Source: Mobula hypostoma
Lineage: Eukaryota
Direction: 5' to 3'
Length of the DNA: 64,000 bases
NCBI RefSeq assembly: GCF_963921235.1
Contig: NC_086108.1
Coordinates: 77,254,001-77,318,000, forward strand
Made by a program: the position numbers and the translations under genes. Each line of letters starts with the position of its first letter. The first letter of the stretch is position 1. The notes beneath the pieces were generated by a model. That model was given only the letters and a program-made list of their open reading frames with translations, was not told the DNA's origin and made no database searches. Below, in pieces: positions 61,950 to 64,000 of this stretch.

Positions 61950-63495
61950 TCCACAGAGAGGTAGCTAATTGGATTCATAATTGCCTCGATGGTAGGAAAC
62001 AAAGAGTGATGGTGAAAGTTGTTCCTTGCAGTCGAAACCTATTATCAATGGTGTGCCATCGGGGTCATGCTGGGACCACGGCTGGATGTGAATGTGCAAG
62101 GTATGGTTAATACTTTTGCAGATGATACTAAAATAAGTGGTATTCTAGAAGGTTACCAAAAATTACAGGAGTATTTTGATCTGCTGGGTAAGTGGGTTGA
62201 AGATTGGCAAATGGCTTTCAATTTGGATAAGTGCAAAGTTTTGCATTTTGGGAAGTCAAACCAGGGTAGGACTTGTACTGCGAATGGCCACACCCTGCGG
62301 AGTGCTGTGGAATCAAGGGACCTAGGAGTACAAATACATAGTTCACTGAAAGTGGTGTCAAAGGTTGATACAGTGATGAAGAAAGGTTTTGCCAGCCTGA
62401 CCTTCATCATTCAGGGCACTGAGTGTAGAAATTGTGAAGTCATGTCGCAATTGTACAAGACACTGGTGAGGAGTTTAGTTTTGGTCAGCCTGTTATAGGA
62501 AAAACATCGTTATGAAAATGCTGCCAGCATTTAAGGGCCTGAGGTATAGGGGGAGGTTGGGAAGGACTTTATTCATTGAAACATAAAAGTTTGTGGGGTA
62601 AACTTATAAAGGCATCCATTAGTCTTGCGAGACCATGGATCTGCGCCTGGAAAGTCTTCACTCTCCAGGGCGCAGGCCTGGGCAAGGTTGTATGGAAGAC
62701 CAGCAGTTGCCCATGCTGCAAGTCTCCCCCCTCCACGACACTATTGTTGTCCAAGAGAAGGGCATTAGGACCCATACAACTTGGCACCGGTGTCGTCACA
62801 GAGCAATGTGTGATTAAGTGCCTTGCTCAAGCACACAACATGTTGCCTCGGCTGGGGCTCGAACTCACTACCTTCAGATCGCTAGTCCAATGCCTTAACC
62901 ACTTGGCCATGTGCCCACGTATAGTGTAAACTTATAATGTGTATAAAATCACAAAGGGATCTAGATCGGCTGAATGCACAGTCTTTTTCTCAGCGAAGAG
63001 CAACAAAAGGGGAACCCTGGGTATTCTCTCTTCTCCCCTCTATACTCGAGCAGAATATACAAAAACCTGAGAGCAGGTATCACCAAGCCCAAGGGCAGCT
63101 TCCAACCTGGTGTAATAAGGCTATGAAATAGTTCCCTAGATCAATAAGATTGGCTCTTAACCTCACAGTCTACTTCGTTATGATCTAGCATTTTACTTTT
63201 TACCTGTAATGCACTTTCGCTGTAGCTAATGCACTTTATTCGACATTGTTATTGTTTTACCTTGTTCTACGTAATACACTGTGTAATAATTGATCTTTAT
63301 GAACAGTATGTAAAATACCGTACCTCACTACATGTGACAATAAAAAACCGATATCAATACAATACCAATAAATACAAGAGACTATAGGTTTAAGGATAGA
63401 GGTGAAAGATTTTAAAGGGACCTGAGGGGCAATGCAGAGGGCAGAACTTATATTGAAAGAGTGGCTGAGGCAAGTACAGTAACAATATTTAGGGC
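61950..63495 (+). mobile_element. old CR1 RT and 3' fragment with nested inserts
   Basis: FADDTKI, WQMAFNLDKCKVLHFG, LYKTLVR; interrupted at 62610-62925 and ~63010-63370. Confidence 0.8.
62610..62925 (-). mobile_element. tRNA-headed SINE with CORE-like domain
   Basis: A box TGGCCAAGTGG, B box GTTCGAGCC, ttgtgtgcttgagcaaggcacttaa; 12-bp TSD GTAAACTTATAA (62598-62609, 62926-62937). Confidence 0.85.
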
Positions 63496-63499
63496 ATTA

Positions 63500-63641
63500 T
63501 AATAGCATTCTGGAGTTCGGAGTTCAATTCTGGAACTCTTAGTAAGGAGTTTAAACATTCTCCTCATGAACCTTGTTGGTTTCCACAGGGTGCTCTGGTT
63601 TCCTCCCACGTTTCAAAGACATAATGATTATAGGTTAATTG
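63500..63641 (+). mobile_element. V-domain SINE, interrupted
   Basis: gggtgctctggtttcctcccacgtttcaaagac. Confidence 0.7.
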
Positions 63642-64000
63642 AATCAGAATCAGAATCAGGTTTATTATCACCGGCATGTGATGTGAAATTTGTTAACTTA
63701 GCAGCGGCAGTTCAATGCAACACATAATATAGAAGAGAGAAAATAATAATAATAAATTAAATTATAAAAATTAATAAACCAATAAATCAGTGACTGTATA
63801 GTATATTGAATAGATTTTAGAAAGTGCAAAAACCAGAAATACTGTATATTTTTAAAAAGTGAGGTAGTGTCCAAGGGTTCAATGTCCATTTAGGAATTGG
63901 ATGGCAGAGGGGAAGAAGCTGTTCCTGAATCGCTGAGTGTGTGCCTTCAGGCTTCTGTACCTCCTACCTGATGATAACAGTGAGAAAAGGGCATGCCCCT
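63642..64000 (-). mobile_element. Rex1/Babar-like LINE 3' end
   Basis: (AATCAG)n tail; same family as 1-300. Confidence 0.85.

Noticed and set aside
62840..62918. tRNA gene
   Set aside because: Head of a SINE within a TSD-bounded insert

Overview
Repeat-saturated eukaryotic DNA, most likely intronic or intergenic sequence from a cartilaginous fish (inferred from abundant CR1 LINEs plus V-domain SINEs; species not determinable). Nearly all listed ORFs are fragments or antisense shadows of transposons: CR1, Rex1/Babar-like, RTE, HERO-like RLE LINE, Penelope, Gypsy LTR, Tc1/mariner, Tigger/pogo, hAT and Chapaev3-like. No host gene is firmly identified; a few splice-bounded open segments are weak exon candidates. 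The main result is a Gypsy element (18375-21838, both LTRs and a TTAAC duplication) whose RT/RNaseH/integrase core is replaced by a same-strand, intronless, decayed fragment of the splicing-factor gene RBM25, which the ORF track misses. Other notable items: a head-to-tail HERO dimer, a doubly truncated CR1 patch inside HERO, minimal hammerhead motifs in Penelope termini, a ~228-bp palindrome in two Tigger derivatives, and a 24-bp minisatellite. Family names come from motif recognition by eye, not database searches. Boundaries of old repeats are approximate.
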